From contig CAZLJQ010000004.1 of the NCBI GenBank assembly GCA_964559875.1, forward strand, positions 5,820 to 69,819: a DNA stretch of 64,000 nt, read 5' to 3'. Position numbers and translations under genes: made by a program. The notes under the pieces are model-generated. The model was not told the DNA's origin. It worked only from the letters and a program-made list of their open reading frames with translations, and did not search any database. This document shows, one piece after another, positions 1-9,694 of the stretch; within the stretch, counting starts at the first letter, position 1; each line of letters starts with the position of its first letter. This stretch comes from an uncultured Acidobacteriaceae bacterium. Its GTDB lineage: Bacteria > Acidobacteriota > Terriglobia > Terriglobales > Acidobacteriaceae.

Positions 1-15
1 TCATCACCGTCTCCG

Positions 16-1080
16 TTACTTGCCCGCCACAAGGCGCTGCGGAAGCAGAACCTCGGCGGTCATCCCCGGCACGTAGGTCTCGCGCGGATTGTCGATGATC
101 AGTTTCAGCCGCACCGTGCGGATGTCGCGCTTCGAGCGGCTGTAATCGCGCTGCGTGGCAAAATCGCTTTCAGCGGCCTTGGCAATCGTCTTGCCCGGAA
201 CCCGTTCCCCTCCCGGCATCCGCACCTCGAGCGTGTCGCCCAGCTTTACCGCCTGCGCCTGGGTCTCTGGAATGTCGGCGTAAACCCAAGTCTGCGTCAA
301 ATCCACGACGGTAACAATCGGTGTTCCCACGTTCACCACCTCGCCTTCGCGGGCGGCACGCACGCTCACAACTCCCGTCACTGGCGAGTAGATGTGGGTG
401 TATCCCAAAAGCACTCCGGCGTCGGCAAGCTTCGCCCTTGCCGAATCCATCTGGCCCTGCGTGGCGGCTATATTGCTATGCGCCGCCGCTGCCTGGTTAA
501 TGCGCGCTTCCATCGTCACCAGCGTGGCTCGGGCGGCGCTCACCTGCTCGCGGTTGGCGCGGACCCGCGCCTGGGCGGCGGCTAGCGCCTGCACCGCACG
601 GTCGCGGTCCTGCTGGCTGGCTATCCCCTGGTCTGCCAACGCAACCGTACGGTGAGTGTCCAGCGCCTGCTGCTTTTCATTAGCTTCGCTTTCCTCCAGC
701 GAGGCCTGCGCGGCCGCCAGCGCGGCAGAGGCATTCTTCACCTGAGCATCCGTCTCGCCATGCGTGCTCGCATAGCTCTCGCTGCTCTGGCGCACCTGCG
801 ACTGCAATCCCTCCAGCGTGGCGCGAGCCGCATCGCGCTGAGCGATAAGATCCGAGTCGTCGATCTGCGCAATCAGCTCTCCCTGCTTCACCTTTTGCCC
901 CTCGTCAACCAGCAGATGTGTAATCCGTCCCGCAACCTGGCTGCTGACAATCACCTGGTTCGCATCGACCGTGCCGATCAGAACCACATCCGAGGTGCCG
1001 CGCGTGGAGAACAAATAAAAGCCGAGCGAGAGTAGAAAGACAACCCCCAGCATTGCAAAGACACGGTACTTAGCGTTCAT
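16..1080 (-). CDS. HlyD-family membrane-fusion / efflux adaptor protein
   Basis: ORF 16..1221 trimmed to the ATG at 1080 (MNAKYRVFAMLGVVFLLSLGFYLF, an N-terminal TM anchor). A long Ala/Gln-rich coiled-coil is followed by a beta-rich segment (VVSVRAAREGEVVNVGTPIVTVVD). The start overlaps the TetR stop as ATGA. Confidence 0.8.
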   Translation of the reverse strand: MNAKYRVFAMLGVVFLLSLGFYLFSTRGTSDVVLIGTVDANQVIVSSQVAGRITHLLVDEGQKVKQGELIAQIDDSDLIAQRDAARATLEGLQSQVRQSSESYASTHGETDAQVKNASAALAAAQASLEESEANEKQQALDTHRTVALADQGIASQQDRDRAVQALAAAQARVRANREQVSAARATLVTMEARINQAAAAHSNIAATQGQMDSARAKLADAGVLLGYTHIYSPVTGVVSVRAAREGEVVNVGTPIVTVVDLTQTWVYADIPETQAQAVKLGDTLEVRMPGGERVPGKTIAKAAESDFATQRDYSRSKRDIRTVRLKLIIDNPRETYVPGMTAEVLLPQRLVAGK

Positions 1081-1817
1081 GATTGGTTTCCCTGCTGCCC
1101 GCGCGGCAGAGCCAAACGGGCAGCGGCAATCTTCTTGGCCAGCTTGATTCCGTAGCTGCGATCCGTGAACAGCGATGCGCCAATAAAATCCAGCGACATC
1201 GCGATGTGTCCGCGAATGCACTCCGGTGAAAATGGATCGACTCCGCGCACCATGCGCATAATCGGCGCGGAAACAAAATAGAAAACGTTCATGCCGAGGA
1301 TGGCGCTCAGAGTTCCAGGCCCCGCGACCTTGCGGAATTCTCCCGATGCAATTCCATCCTCCACCGCCTTCAGCCCGGCGCGCTGCAGCGGAATGAAGTG
1401 TGTAGTGCTGATGGAGCGAAAATCGTTGGAGACTTCGCCCGTGGCCCGCGTCCGCGATAGCTCCTGCTGAATGAGCCGGGGATAGTTCGGATGATGGATC
1501 AGGTACTCGAAATGCACGCGCGCAAAGCGGAGCAACTTTTCGCCCGGCGTCAGTGGCCCTTCCAGCAGGGGCAACACGTCCTCCACCAGCCCGCTGAAGA
1601 CCGCGTGCAGCGCGGCCGAGTACAGACTCCCTTTGTCCTTGAAGTAGTAATACAGCAGTGCCTTGTTGACCCCGGCGGCCTCGGCAATCGCCGCCGTGCG
1701 CGCCCCCGCCACCCCTTCGGTCGCAAACTCAGCAATGGCGTGTTCCAGAATCGCCATGCGAGTGGCCGTCGCATTACGGGCGCGTGGTGCTGCCGGAGTG
1801 GAACCAGGTCCATGCAT
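1077..1817 (-). CDS. TetR/AcrR-family transcriptional regulator
   Basis: N-terminal HTH ATRMAILEHAIAEFATEGVAGARTAAIAEAAGVNKALLYYYFKDKGSLY is the TetR signature. It sits upstream of, and is translationally coupled to, the HlyD gene. The start could also be the internal Met at MAILEH. Confidence 0.85.
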   Translation of the reverse strand: MHGPGSTPAAPRARNATATRMAILEHAIAEFATEGVAGARTAAIAEAAGVNKALLYYYFKDKGSLYSAALHAVFSGLVEDVLPLLEGPLTPGEKLLRFARVHFEYLIHHPNYPRLIQQELSRTRATGEVSNDFRSISTTHFIPLQRAGLKAVEDGIASGEFRKVAGPGTLSAILGMNVFYFVSAPIMRMVRGVDPFSPECIRGHIAMSLDFIGASLFTDRSYGIKLAKKIAAARLALPRGQQGNQS

Positions 1818-1818
1818 A

Positions 1819-1840
1819 ATTAACTAACTGGTTAGTTAGT
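1819..1840. promoter_or_regulatory. Perfect inverted repeat TAACTAAC-TG-GTTAGTTA, candidate TetR operator
   Basis: 8-bp arms at 1821-1828 and 1831-1838 with a 2-nt spacer, lying immediately upstream of the TetR start codon at 1817. Confidence 0.5.
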
Positions 1841-1877
1841 CTAGAGAGTCATGGAAGGAAACGCAAGTAGACGTTCC

Positions 1878-1913
1878 GGTGGCACACATCCGCCTTTCTT
1901 TGGCGAATGTGGG
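1878..1913. repeat. REP-like intergenic hairpin, copy a1
   Basis: GGTGGC prefix, then CACATCCGCC (1885-1894), a TTTCTTT loop and GGCGAATGTG (1902-1911). The stem is 10 bp with one mismatch. Confidence 0.6.
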
Positions 1914-1940
1914 AATCAGGTGGTGGCGGAGTAGTCGCTC

Positions 1941-1976
1941 GGGTGGCCCATACGGCAAATGTGGGACCGTTGACCC
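1941..1976. repeat. REP-like element, truncated copy a2
   Basis: GGGTGGCCCATACGGCAAATGTGGGACCGTTGACCC shares the GGTGGCCCA prefix and the GGC(G)AATGTGGG suffix with the other copies. Its tail GTGG-N-CGTTGACC matches copy e. Confidence 0.45.
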
Positions 1977-2012
1977 TGCCTTTGATCTTCAGCCTTGAAC
2001 TTTGAAACCTGA

Positions 2013-3203
2013 CTAATCCTTCGTGTACTGATTCCGCTTCTTGTCCGCATGGCGCTCCAGCGCCAGCTCAATCAGCTTGTCGATCAGCGCTGGATACTCG
2101 ATCCCCGTAGCCGCCCACAGCTTGGGATACATGCTGATCGCCGTAAACCCTGGCATGGTATTTACTTCGTTGAGGTAGAAGTGCCCCGTGATCGGGTCCA
2201 TCAGGAAATCCACCCGTGCCAGTCCCGAGCATTCCACGCTCTGGAAGGCGCGAATCGCCATCTCCTGAATCTGCCTTACCTGCGTATGGTCCAGCCGCGC
2301 CGGAATGATCAGCTCGGAGCCGGAGTCGATGTACTTTGCGTTGTAATCGTAGAATTCTTTCGCCGGGATCACTTCGCCGCAGATCGAGGCGCTCGGCTGG
2401 TCATTGCCCAGCACGGCGCATTCAATCTCGCGAGCCTTGTAGCGCTTGCCGCCCACTCCCTGCTCCACGATGATCTTGCGGTCAAAGCGCGCCGCTTCGT
2501 TGATTGCCGGCGCCAACTCGCTCGCATCGTGCGCCTTGCTAATGCCCACCGAGCTTCCCAGGTTCGCGGGCTTCACAAACACCGGGTATTTCAGCGCCGA
2601 ATCCACCGCCTTCTCAACCAGCTTCGGCTGCCGCTCCCACTCCGAGCGCATTACCGTCACGTGCTTCACCAGCGGCAGCCGCGAGTCGCCGAACAGCCGC
2701 TTCATCACGTCCTTGTCCATCCCCGCCGCCGAGCCCAGTACGCCCGAGCCAACATAGGCAATGTCGGCCAGTTCCAGCAGTCCCTGCATCGTTCCGTCTT
2801 CGCCAAAGGTACCGTGCAGCACCGGAAAAATCACATCCACGCTGATCCCCTTGGGGCTCTCGTGATTGCGCGGCGTCTCAAACGGCACCAGCGAATTGGC
2901 CGAAGGCATTGGCGGCACCAGCACGGCTTCACCCTTGGCCAGCACCGCGGCTGCCGATGTGGCTGCCGGGTCGCCTGCTCGCAGGTTCTTGCCCTTGCCG
3001 CCGTTCACAAACTCGCCTTTGATCAACAGTTCGGCGTGCCGGTCGGTCAGCCACTGCCCCTGCTTTGTAATGCCAATGGGAACAACATCGTACTTGGTAC
3101 GGTCGATTGCCTGCATAACCGACGCGGCGGACAAAAGGGAGACTTCATGTTCGCCGCTGCGCCCGCCAAACAGAACGCCTACACGGAGTTTCTTCACAGT
3201 CAT
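2013..3203 (-). CDS. ddl: D-alanine--D-alanine ligase
   Basis: MTVKKLRVGVLFGGRSGEHEVSLLSAASV N-terminus, an ATP-grasp body (VFVKPANLGSSVGISKA) and a C-terminal LNEVNTMPGFT motif. Confidence 0.9.
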   Translation of the reverse strand: MTVKKLRVGVLFGGRSGEHEVSLLSAASVMQAIDRTKYDVVPIGITKQGQWLTDRHAELLIKGEFVNGGKGKNLRAGDPAATSAAAVLAKGEAVLVPPMPSANSLVPFETPRNHESPKGISVDVIFPVLHGTFGEDGTMQGLLELADIAYVGSGVLGSAAGMDKDVMKRLFGDSRLPLVKHVTVMRSEWERQPKLVEKAVDSALKYPVFVKPANLGSSVGISKAHDASELAPAINEAARFDRKIIVEQGVGGKRYKAREIECAVLGNDQPSASICGEVIPAKEFYDYNAKYIDSGSELIIPARLDHTQVRQIQEMAIRAFQSVECSGLARVDFLMDPITGHFYLNEVNTMPGFTAISMYPKLWAATGIEYPALIDKLIELALERHADKKRNQYTKD

Positions 3204-3251
3204 AAGAGTGGGGCTTCCTTGTTGCTACTCCATATGATTATAAGGTCTTAT

Positions 3252-3276
3252 TCGAAAAGGCGCGGTGATCCGCGCA
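3252..3276 (-). terminator. Possible intrinsic terminator downstream of arginase
   Basis: On the minus strand, GCGCGG-ATCA-CCGCGC is followed by CTTTTCG. The stem is short and lies about 155 nt past the stop codon. Confidence 0.4.
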
Positions 3277-3431
3277 ACCGGGCCATCGGGAGAACAACTC
3301 TTGTACCAGAAATCACGTGATCGTTAGGACAGCGACATTAGTTTGTTTATCGGGAAACCAACACTCGTGATGTCCACAACCATGAACGTATGGACATTGC
3401 ATGGAGAAGAAATCGATGGCTCATCACTCCC

Positions 3432-4379
3432 CTACAGTATCTTCTTCCCAAACGCCGAGCTTGCCAGTTCCACCGCCAGCTCCGCCGTCCGGTTGTACTC
3501 GTCGATCACCGGATTCACCTCGACAATATCCATCGAAGTCATCCGCCCGTGGTCCGCGATAATCTCCATCGCCAGGTGCGCCTCGCGATACGTCGCCCCA
3601 CCCGGCACTCGCGTGCCCACCCCCGGAGCATCTTCAGGATCGACCCAGTCCATATCCAGCGAAATGTGATACCCCACCGTTCCCCGTCCCGCCATGCGCA
3701 GCGCCTCTTCCATCACCGTGCGCATCCCGCGCTCGTCGATGTCGCGCATCGTAAAAACCTCAATCCCCGTGCGCCTTATGTTTTCCTTCTCCGCCATGTC
3801 CACATCGCGGATGCCCACCAGCACGCAGTTGTCCGGCCTCACCTTCGGCGTCCACTCGTAAAGATTGGCCAGCGGGTCCAGTCCGGTCAGTCCCATCAGC
3901 GCTCCCAGCGGCATCCCGTGAACATTCCCCGAGGGCGAAGTCTCCGGCGTATTGATGTCCGAGTGTGCGTCAATCCAGATCAGCCCAATGTGCTGACCTT
4001 CTCTCCGGTAGTATTCCGCCACGCCGCTCACCGAACCCGCCGCCAGCGAATGATCTCCGCCGATCGACAGCGGAGTCTTTCCCTCCTCCAGCGCGTGCAG
4101 AACCTCATCCGCCAAATTCGTGCATGTAGCTGTAATCTCTCGCAGATACCTCGCGTGCGCCTCGCCAAAATTCTTCTGCTCCGGCAGTGTCACGCTGATA
4201 TTCCCTGCGTCCTCCACCACATGCCCCAGTGCCTTCAGCTTTGTCTCCAGCCCGGCTACCCGAACCGCCGAAGGCCCCATATCCACTCCGCGCCTCTGCT
4301 GTCCTAAATCCAGAGGCACGCCAATCACAAGAATCTTCTTCTTGATTACATCTGGAAATGATGCGGGAATACTTACCAT
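3432..4379 (-). CDS. rocF: Arginase (ureohydrolase family)
   Basis: Mn-binding motifs GGDHS, DAHSDINT and SLDMDWVDP, plus VDMGPSAVRVAGL. The ATG at 4379 is preferred over the upstream GTG at 4427. Confidence 0.85.
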   Translation of the reverse strand: MVSIPASFPDVIKKKILVIGVPLDLGQQRRGVDMGPSAVRVAGLETKLKALGHVVEDAGNISVTLPEQKNFGEAHARYLREITATCTNLADEVLHALEEGKTPLSIGGDHSLAAGSVSGVAEYYRREGQHIGLIWIDAHSDINTPETSPSGNVHGMPLGALMGLTGLDPLANLYEWTPKVRPDNCVLVGIRDVDMAEKENIRRTGIEVFTMRDIDERGMRTVMEEALRMAGRGTVGYHISLDMDWVDPEDAPGVGTRVPGGATYREAHLAMEIIADHGRMTSMDIVEVNPVIDEYNRTAELAVELASSAFGKKIL

Positions 4380-4527
4380 ACCGAAATCCGATCCTTGAGA
4401 CACTCTGCTGCCCCTGTCTGCAACCACTCTGCCTAATTACTCTGCTTCCGCCTAGCGCCAGCGGCCGAGGCGGCGTCTCTTGCTGCCGGGTGCCCTACCC
4501 TTCCGCCCGTCTTTACCGCGGAGGGAC

Positions 4528-4566
4528 GGGTGGCCCACATCCGCCCGCTTTTGGGCGAATGTGGGG
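4528..4566. repeat. REP-like intergenic hairpin, copy b (best copy)
   Basis: CCCACATCCGCCC (4534-4546), a GCTTTT loop and GGGCGAATGTGGG (4553-4565). The stem is 13 bp with one mismatch and is preceded by GGGTGG. Confidence 0.65.
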
Positions 4567-4571
4567 AAAGC

Positions 4572-5894
4572 CTACGGATACATCCGGTTCAGCATCCGCG
4601 GGAACGGAATCGTCTCCCTCACGTGATCCAGCTTGCAGATCCAGGCCACTGCCCGTTCCAATCCCATGCCAAATCCCGAGTGCGGCACGCCACCAAACTT
4701 CCGCAAATCCAGATACCATTGGAACGCCTCTTCCGGCAGCTCATGCTGATGAATTCGCTCCAACAGCCGCTCGTAAGATCCCATACGCTGCGAGCCGCCG
4801 ATCACCTCGCCATATCCCTCCGGCGCCAGTACGTCCACACACAGAGCCTTCGTCGCATCCTCCGGGTCCGGCTCCATGTAAAACGCCTTCACTGCCGAAG
4901 GATACCGGTGAATCATCACAGGACGGTCAAATTTCGAGGAAATATAGGTCTCATCCGGCGAGCCAAAATCGTTGCCATACTCAAACTTCGCCTCCAGCTC
5001 GCCCTTGGCAAAGCCCTCGTCCAGCATCTTCACCGCCTCGTCGTAGGAGACGCGCGGGAACGGCGCTTCAATCTTCTCCAGCGGCGCAATATCGCGTCCA
5101 ATCACGCCCAACTCATGCCGCCGCGTCTCCAGCACCCGCTTCACAATGAACGTGATGAAGTCTTCCGCCAGCTTCATGATGTCGTCCAGTGTCGCGTAGG
5201 CAACCTCCGGCTCAATCATCCAGAACTCGGTCAAGTGCCGCCGCGTCTTCGACTTTTCTGCCCTGAACGTTGGCCCAAAGCTGTACACCTTGCCCAGCGC
5301 CATCGCTGTCGCCTCAATGTAGAGCTGCCCCGACTGCGTCAGATACGCCTGCTCCTCGAAGTAGTCCACCGGAAACAACGTGCTCGTCCCTTCGCACGCC
5401 GCCGGAGTCAGAATCGGTGGATCGGTCCGCGTAAAGTCCCTTGAGTAGAAAAAGTCGTGCATCGCCCGCTCAATCTCTGAGCGTATCCGCAGAATCGCCA
5501 CTTGCCGTGGTGAACGCAGCCAAAGATGCCGGTGTTCCATCAGGAACTCAACCCCGTGATCCTTCAGCGAGATCGGATACGGAGTCTCTTCACTCACCTT
5601 CTGCACCACATCCACATTCGCCAGGTCCAGCTCAAACCCTCCCGGCGCCCGCTTGTCGGCCCTCACCTTGCCGTGAATGATGACGCTCGATTCCTGCGTC
5701 AGTCCCTTCACCGTCTCAAAGATTTCCGGCGCGACCGCGTTCTTCGCCATCACGCCCTGCACCAACCCGGTGCCGTCGCGAAAGATCGGAAACAGCAGTT
5801 TGCCGCTCTCGCGCAGATTGTAGAGCCAGCCGCGCAGGGTTACATCCTGCCCCTCGAACTGGCCAAGGTGTTCAATGCTTGTAATGGGTGCCAT
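4572..5894 (-). CDS. asnS: Asparagine--tRNA ligase
   Basis: Class IIb synthetase: N-terminal OB fold ([18 protein letters not shown]), motif 2 ([21 protein letters not shown]) and the C-terminus [34 protein letters not shown]. Confidence 0.9.
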   Translation of the reverse strand: MAPITSIEHLGQFEGQDVTLRGWLYNLRESGKLLFPIFRDGTGLVQGVMAKNAVAPEIFETVKGLTQESSVIIHGKVRADKRAPGGFELDLANVDVVQKVSEETPYPISLKDHGVEFLMEHRHLWLRSPRQVAILRIRSEIERAMHDFFYSRDFTRTDPPILTPAACEGTSTLFPVDYFEEQAYLTQSGQLYIEATAMALGKVYSFGPTFRAEKSKTRRHLTEFWMIEPEVAYATLDDIMKLAEDFITFIVKRVLETRRHELGVIGRDIAPLEKIEAPFPRVSYDEAVKMLDEGFAKGELEAKFEYGNDFGSPDETYISSKFDRPVMIHRYPSAVKAFYMEPDPEDATKALCVDVLAPEGYGEVIGGSQRMGSYERLLERIHQHELPEEAFQWYLDLRKFGGVPHSGFGMGLERAVAWICKLDHVRETIPFPRMLNRMYP

Positions 5895-6017
5895 GAATAC
5901 TTCCTAATGCCACCGCGCGAAGAATTGCACGGCCATACAGCCGAACCGGGCAGCGCGAGGCGCAACCATAGATTGTAAGCTCTGCCACGCAGGATGGATA
6001 GCCATGTGGACGGCCAG

Positions 6018-6047
6018 CTCCCATCCGCGCTCTTTTGGCGAATGTGG
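6018..6047. repeat. REP-like element, degenerate copy c
   Basis: CTCCCATCCGCGCTCTTTTGGCGAATGTGG keeps the right arm GGCGAATGTGG but has an eroded left arm. Confidence 0.4.
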
Positions 6048-6148
6048 AATTATGAACAGCCCTTGAATCCCCAGAAATAATTGGCAACCACCCCCCGCCG
6101 ATTCTTGCTCTCAACTCAATGCCTGCAGCTGCGGGCTGGAGTCACCCC

Positions 6149-6673
6149 ATGGCAATTCGCGACACGATCCTTCCTGAATTCGATCAGGAGATGGCCAACA
6201 CGCGCAAAATGCTCGAACGCATTCCCGATGATCGCTTCGATTTTCAGCCCCACCCCCGCTCCTGGAAGACCAATCGTCTCGCCGGACACGTTGCCGACCT
6301 TCCCGGCTGGGTCTCGCACACCATGCGCACCGAGGTCCTGGAGATGGAGCCCGGCCAGTACGCGCCCTTTGAGCCCATCACCCGCAAGGAACTCCTTGAG
6401 CAGTTTGACCGCTATACGCGCGAGGCTCACGATGCCATCGCCGCCGCCACCGACGAACAACTCAATGCCATCTGGAACATGAAATGGTCCGGCAAGACCG
6501 TGATGACCATGCCTCGCCTTCAGGTTCTCCGCAGCATCATACTCAACCACCTCATCCATCATCGTGCTCAGCTTGGAGTCTACCTGCGCCTCATGGACGT
6601 CGCTGTTCCCGGCATGTACGGCCCCTCCGCCGACGAGGCTCCATTTGGAATGACCGACGAAAAGGCCGCCTGA
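6149..6673 (+). CDS. DinB-family (DinB_2-like) protein
   Basis: Four-helix DinB pattern with conserved His residues: NRLAGHVADLPGW and LNHLIHHRAQLGVYLR. The start is taken at MAIRDTILPEF. Confidence 0.7.
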   Translation: MAIRDTILPEFDQEMANTRKMLERIPDDRFDFQPHPRSWKTNRLAGHVADLPGWVSHTMRTEVLEMEPGQYAPFEPITRKELLEQFDRYTREAHDAIAAATDEQLNAIWNMKWSGKTVMTMPRLQVLRSIILNHLIHHRAQLGVYLRLMDVAVPGMYGPSADEAPFGMTDEKAA

Positions 6674-6682
6674 CTTCGCGGT

Positions 6683-8191
6683 CTAGTACCGGATAATCGC
6701 ATCCACTGCAAACGTGAACTGGTTCTTCTTCGTGCCCAGGTCATAGGCAGGCATATTGTAGGCGCGTTCAAACCGAAGCTCAGGACGGAGGGTGATCAGG
6801 TCCGAGAACCAGTGCCCCCACATAATGGTGTGTTCCGTGTACCAGGTCTTGTAGCCTGTCCGCTGCCCCCTGGCATCGTCGAGAAACTCGTTGCGAATGG
6901 AGATGTAGTTCTTCGTTGAGAACTCCCTTTGCATGTAGTTCGCCGCGGACCACACCCCTGCTAGGCATTTCTCCTGCCCTGCCGGACAATACGCACCGTT
7001 GGCATTCGGCACCGTCGGCAGGTTGCCGAAAATACTCGGCACGTCTCTCTGGTACTCGTAATACCCTTCAGTCGCCGTGTGCCAGTGGTCGTTGAATTTG
7101 TGGTACCAGGTGCTCACGTAGAACTGCACATTGTTGTAAGCGTACTTGCCGCTGTTCGTTCCGCTCGCGCAAGGATAAACATTGTCCCTGCCATTGTTGA
7201 ATGTATAGCTCACGCAAGCTGTCAACGAAGCCTTTGCCCCCTTTGCCCACGGAGCAATATCGTTCCCTGCCGAAACTCCCAGATTCATCAGCCACCGGTC
7301 ATTCAGCTTCAGTGTGTTAATCACTCCCGTCTGCGTAAACGGGTCATACGAGTAAAGCAGTGAGTGGCTATACATATAGTTCTGCGGTGCCAGTTGCGCT
7401 TCAATGTCCGGCAGTGAGATATAGCGCCCGAACCTCACATTCAACCCCTTCGCCACCTTCGGAAAATACAAGTCGCCATAGAGCATCACCGGATCGTCCC
7501 CATACAACCGGTGCTGCTTCAGCAGTTGCTGGCTCAGCCATCCCTCTGCGGTCGTAAAGTGATAATCGATGCCGAAGAAATTCGCCGTCCTGAATCCCCA
7601 ATCGAAGTGGCTGGTCTGTACCGTGTCCGGTACCCGCTCGATGTAGGTCACAAGCTGGTCGAGTTCCAAACGGTTGGGAACAATGCTGTACCCTTCCGGC
7701 AGATTCGAATGTTTCGACGTGCTCAGGTTGTAGCCGCCGTCGATCCACCCATACACCTGCACCCCGCTCTTCTTCCACGCATCCCCATGCGGCCCAGCAT
7801 AGATCGCCCGCATCAACGTATAGTTCGTGGTATTCGTCTCGCCAATCACCGACGCCCCCCCATAAGTCCAGTCCGCACTCGGAAACGGCGGTGAACTTAG
7901 TGGCGACTCCGGTATCCGTCGCGGTGGCTCGGGCCCGCTCGCTCCGCTTTCATCCAGCTCTTGAGCGTAAGCCCCGTAAAACCGCCTTAAGAATCCACCC
8001 TGCAAGGTTTCGGACGTGGAAGCCGCGCCCGTAGCCGCGCCAGATGTCTGTGCCGCGCTTGCTTGCGGATCGCTAGCCGTCTCCGCCTCCGCGCTCTGTC
8101 CCCTCGCCCAAGGTGCCAGAAACGTAAGCAGAATCCACAACGCAACCGTCTGTGGAGGAACAACCCTGCGGAAGGCCGATAACCAGCTCAA
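6683..8191 (-). CDS. Outer-membrane beta-barrel protein (porin-like)
   Basis: Signal peptide (ALWILLTFLAPWARGQSAE), alternating beta-strand pattern rich in aromatics and Gly, and a C-terminal aromatic residue (FAVDAIIRY). Confidence 0.55.
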   Translation of the reverse strand: MSWLSAFRRVVPPQTVALWILLTFLAPWARGQSAEAETASDPQASAAQTSGAATGAASTSETLQGGFLRRFYGAYAQELDESGASGPEPPRRIPESPLSSPPFPSADWTYGGASVIGETNTTNYTLMRAIYAGPHGDAWKKSGVQVYGWIDGGYNLSTSKHSNLPEGYSIVPNRLELDQLVTYIERVPDTVQTSHFDWGFRTANFFGIDYHFTTAEGWLSQQLLKQHRLYGDDPVMLYGDLYFPKVAKGLNVRFGRYISLPDIEAQLAPQNYMYSHSLLYSYDPFTQTGVINTLKLNDRWLMNLGVSAGNDIAPWAKGAKASLTACVSYTFNNGRDNVYPCASGTNSGKYAYNNVQFYVSTWYHKFNDHWHTATEGYYEYQRDVPSIFGNLPTVPNANGAYCPAGQEKCLAGVWSAANYMQREFSTKNYISIRNEFLDDARGQRTGYKTWYTEHTIMWGHWFSDLITLRPELRFERAYNMPAYDLGTKKNQFTFAVDAIIRY

Positions 8192-8485
8192 TCTGTTCTC
8201 CTCAAAGATGCTCAGACATAGAGGAGCAAAGTTTCAGAGACAGGGTTGTCCGGAGTTGCTGCTTGAACCGCCGCCTTTAGCAACTCTTTAGCCCAGCGCC
8301 AGCAGCTGGAGAGCCACCCCGTGGCCCTACGCCAGCAGCCATCCGTTGGCCCTTACCCGTCGCCAATCCGTCTGTCGAGTGCTTATTCCGACTCTGCATG
8401 CAACCCAAAAGGTGAGTTGCTCAATCACAATACTTGCAGGCCCGGCTCCAAACTACCGGCAAGCCCCTTCGTCCATGGAGCGCTC

Positions 8486-8701
8486 GTGAAAAAAGTCACG
8501 CCTTACATCCTCGCCATCCTTCTCAGCCTGATGGTTTCAATCCCAACCGTCGCCCGTGCTGACGCGCACAGCGCGGCGCAAAAGTCTGCGATAAAGTCCG
8601 CAAAAAGAAGCGAACGGCAGGAGAGGAAAGCGGAGAAGAAGGCGCAGAGATCAAACAAAAGATCTGCAAAGCGCTTCAAAAAGCAGCACCAGCTAGGCTG
8701 A
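8486..8701 (+). CDS. Small secreted Lys/Arg-rich protein (hypothetical)
   Basis: GTG start 5 nt after GGAG, a signal-like segment (KKVTPYILAILLSLMVSIPTVARA) and a highly basic tail. No family recognised. Confidence 0.3.
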   Translation: MKKVTPYILAILLSLMVSIPTVARADAHSAAQKSAIKSAKRSERQERKAEKKAQRSNKRSAKRFKKQHQLG

Positions 8702-8883
8702 GTCCCGGAAACTTGCACGCTACCCTAAAGCAGGAGGCCTGCCCAGCCTCCGATGCTCCGGACCATCATTCGGCCTACACTCTTACCTAATGAACTTGTC
8801 GAACCCCTCCGCCACAAGCAGGGCAGAATTCGAGTGCGCTTTTGAAAAGCCAGTGTAGAATCTGCTCGTACCTTCAGCTCAGA

Positions 8884-8927
8884 GTGGCTCGTCATCCTTC
8901 TTTATTGGCGAACGTGGATTAGTCAAC
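8884..8927. repeat. REP-like element, degenerate copy d
   Basis: GTGGCTCGTCATCCTTCTTTATTGGCGAACGTGGATTAGTCAAC contains the GGCGAACGTGG right arm. Confidence 0.35.
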
Positions 8928-8952
8928 TTTCCCTATTGGCGTGGAGGCAGAG

Positions 8953-9612
8953 ATGAAGAACATCCTCGCAGCAGTCGCGCTCTCTATCGTTCTTATCTCG
9001 GCCTCTCTGGCAAACGCGCAGGCCGCCCCCGCCACTCCCGATCCCGCAATATTCGTCGCTATCCAGAAGGGCGATATCGCCCAGGTGCAACTGCTGCTCG
9101 ATCAAGGCACCAGCATCGAGACCAAGTACACCAGGGGCGCCACTGCACTGGTCGCCGCCTCCGCCATGGGAAAGGTTGAGATTGTGAAGCTGCTGCTGGC
9201 CAAGGGCGCCAACCCTGATGTCAGGGATGATCGTGGCGACACCGCGCTCCACTACGCCGCCATGATCGGCCAGATCGACGAGGCAAAGCTGCTGCTCGCC
9301 AAGGGTGCCAACATCAATCTCCAGGAGGGGGATGGTCTCACTCCGCTCATGTTCTCGGTCGTAAGTGGCTCACCCGAACTTGTCAAACTGCTCCTCGACA
9401 ACAACGCCGCCACCGAGGCCGCCGATAAACACGGCTTCACTGCTCTGATGGCGGCCTCCGGCGGAGGCCTGACCGACGTCGTAAAACTGCTGCTCGCCAA
9501 AGGGGCCAATATCAACGCCAAAAGCGACGATGGCACCACCGCCCTGCAACTAGCCACCAGCAATGGAAAACCCGAGGTCGTCGCCCTCCTGCGCTCAAAA
9601 GGCGCCCAATAG
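8953..9612 (+). CDS. Secreted ankyrin-repeat protein
   Basis: GGAGG RBS, signal peptide MKNILAAVALSIVLISASLANAQA, then repeated ANK units (GATALVAASAMGKVEIVKLLLAKGANPD; GDTALHYAAMIGQIDEAKLLLAKGANIN; GFTALMAASGGGLTDVVKLLLAKGANIN). Confidence 0.85.
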   Translation: MKNILAAVALSIVLISASLANAQAAPATPDPAIFVAIQKGDIAQVQLLLDQGTSIETKYTRGATALVAASAMGKVEIVKLLLAKGANPDVRDDRGDTALHYAAMIGQIDEAKLLLAKGANINLQEGDGLTPLMFSVVSGSPELVKLLLDNNAATEAADKHGFTALMAASGGGLTDVVKLLLAKGANINAKSDDGTTALQLATSNGKPEVVALLRSKGAQ

Positions 9613-9621
9613 CAATTCGCC

Positions 9622-9669
9622 GGTGGGTTCCCACATCCCCTTCCTTATGACGAACGTGGTTCGTTGACC
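9622..9669. repeat. REP-like element, copy e
   Basis: GGTGGGTTCCCACATCCCCTTCCTTATGACGAACGTGGTTCGTTGACC shares the prefix, the CCCACATCC left arm and the GTGG-N-CGTTGACC tail with copies a1, a2 and b. Confidence 0.45.
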
Positions 9670-9694
9670 TTCGTCAGGTGGCCAATACTCCTCT

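Noticed and set aside
2049-3320. 423-aa plus-strand ORF
   Set aside because: It lies entirely antisense to the clearly recognisable ddl gene. Its Arg/His/Leu/Gln-rich composition is typical of shadow ORFs in high-GC DNA. No motifs were recognised.
3390-5444. Plus-strand ORFs 3390..4307, 4358..5149 and 4530..5444
   Set aside because: They are antisense to arginase and asnS. The translations are low-complexity and rich in Pro, Arg and His. The opposite-strand genes carry unambiguous catalytic motifs.
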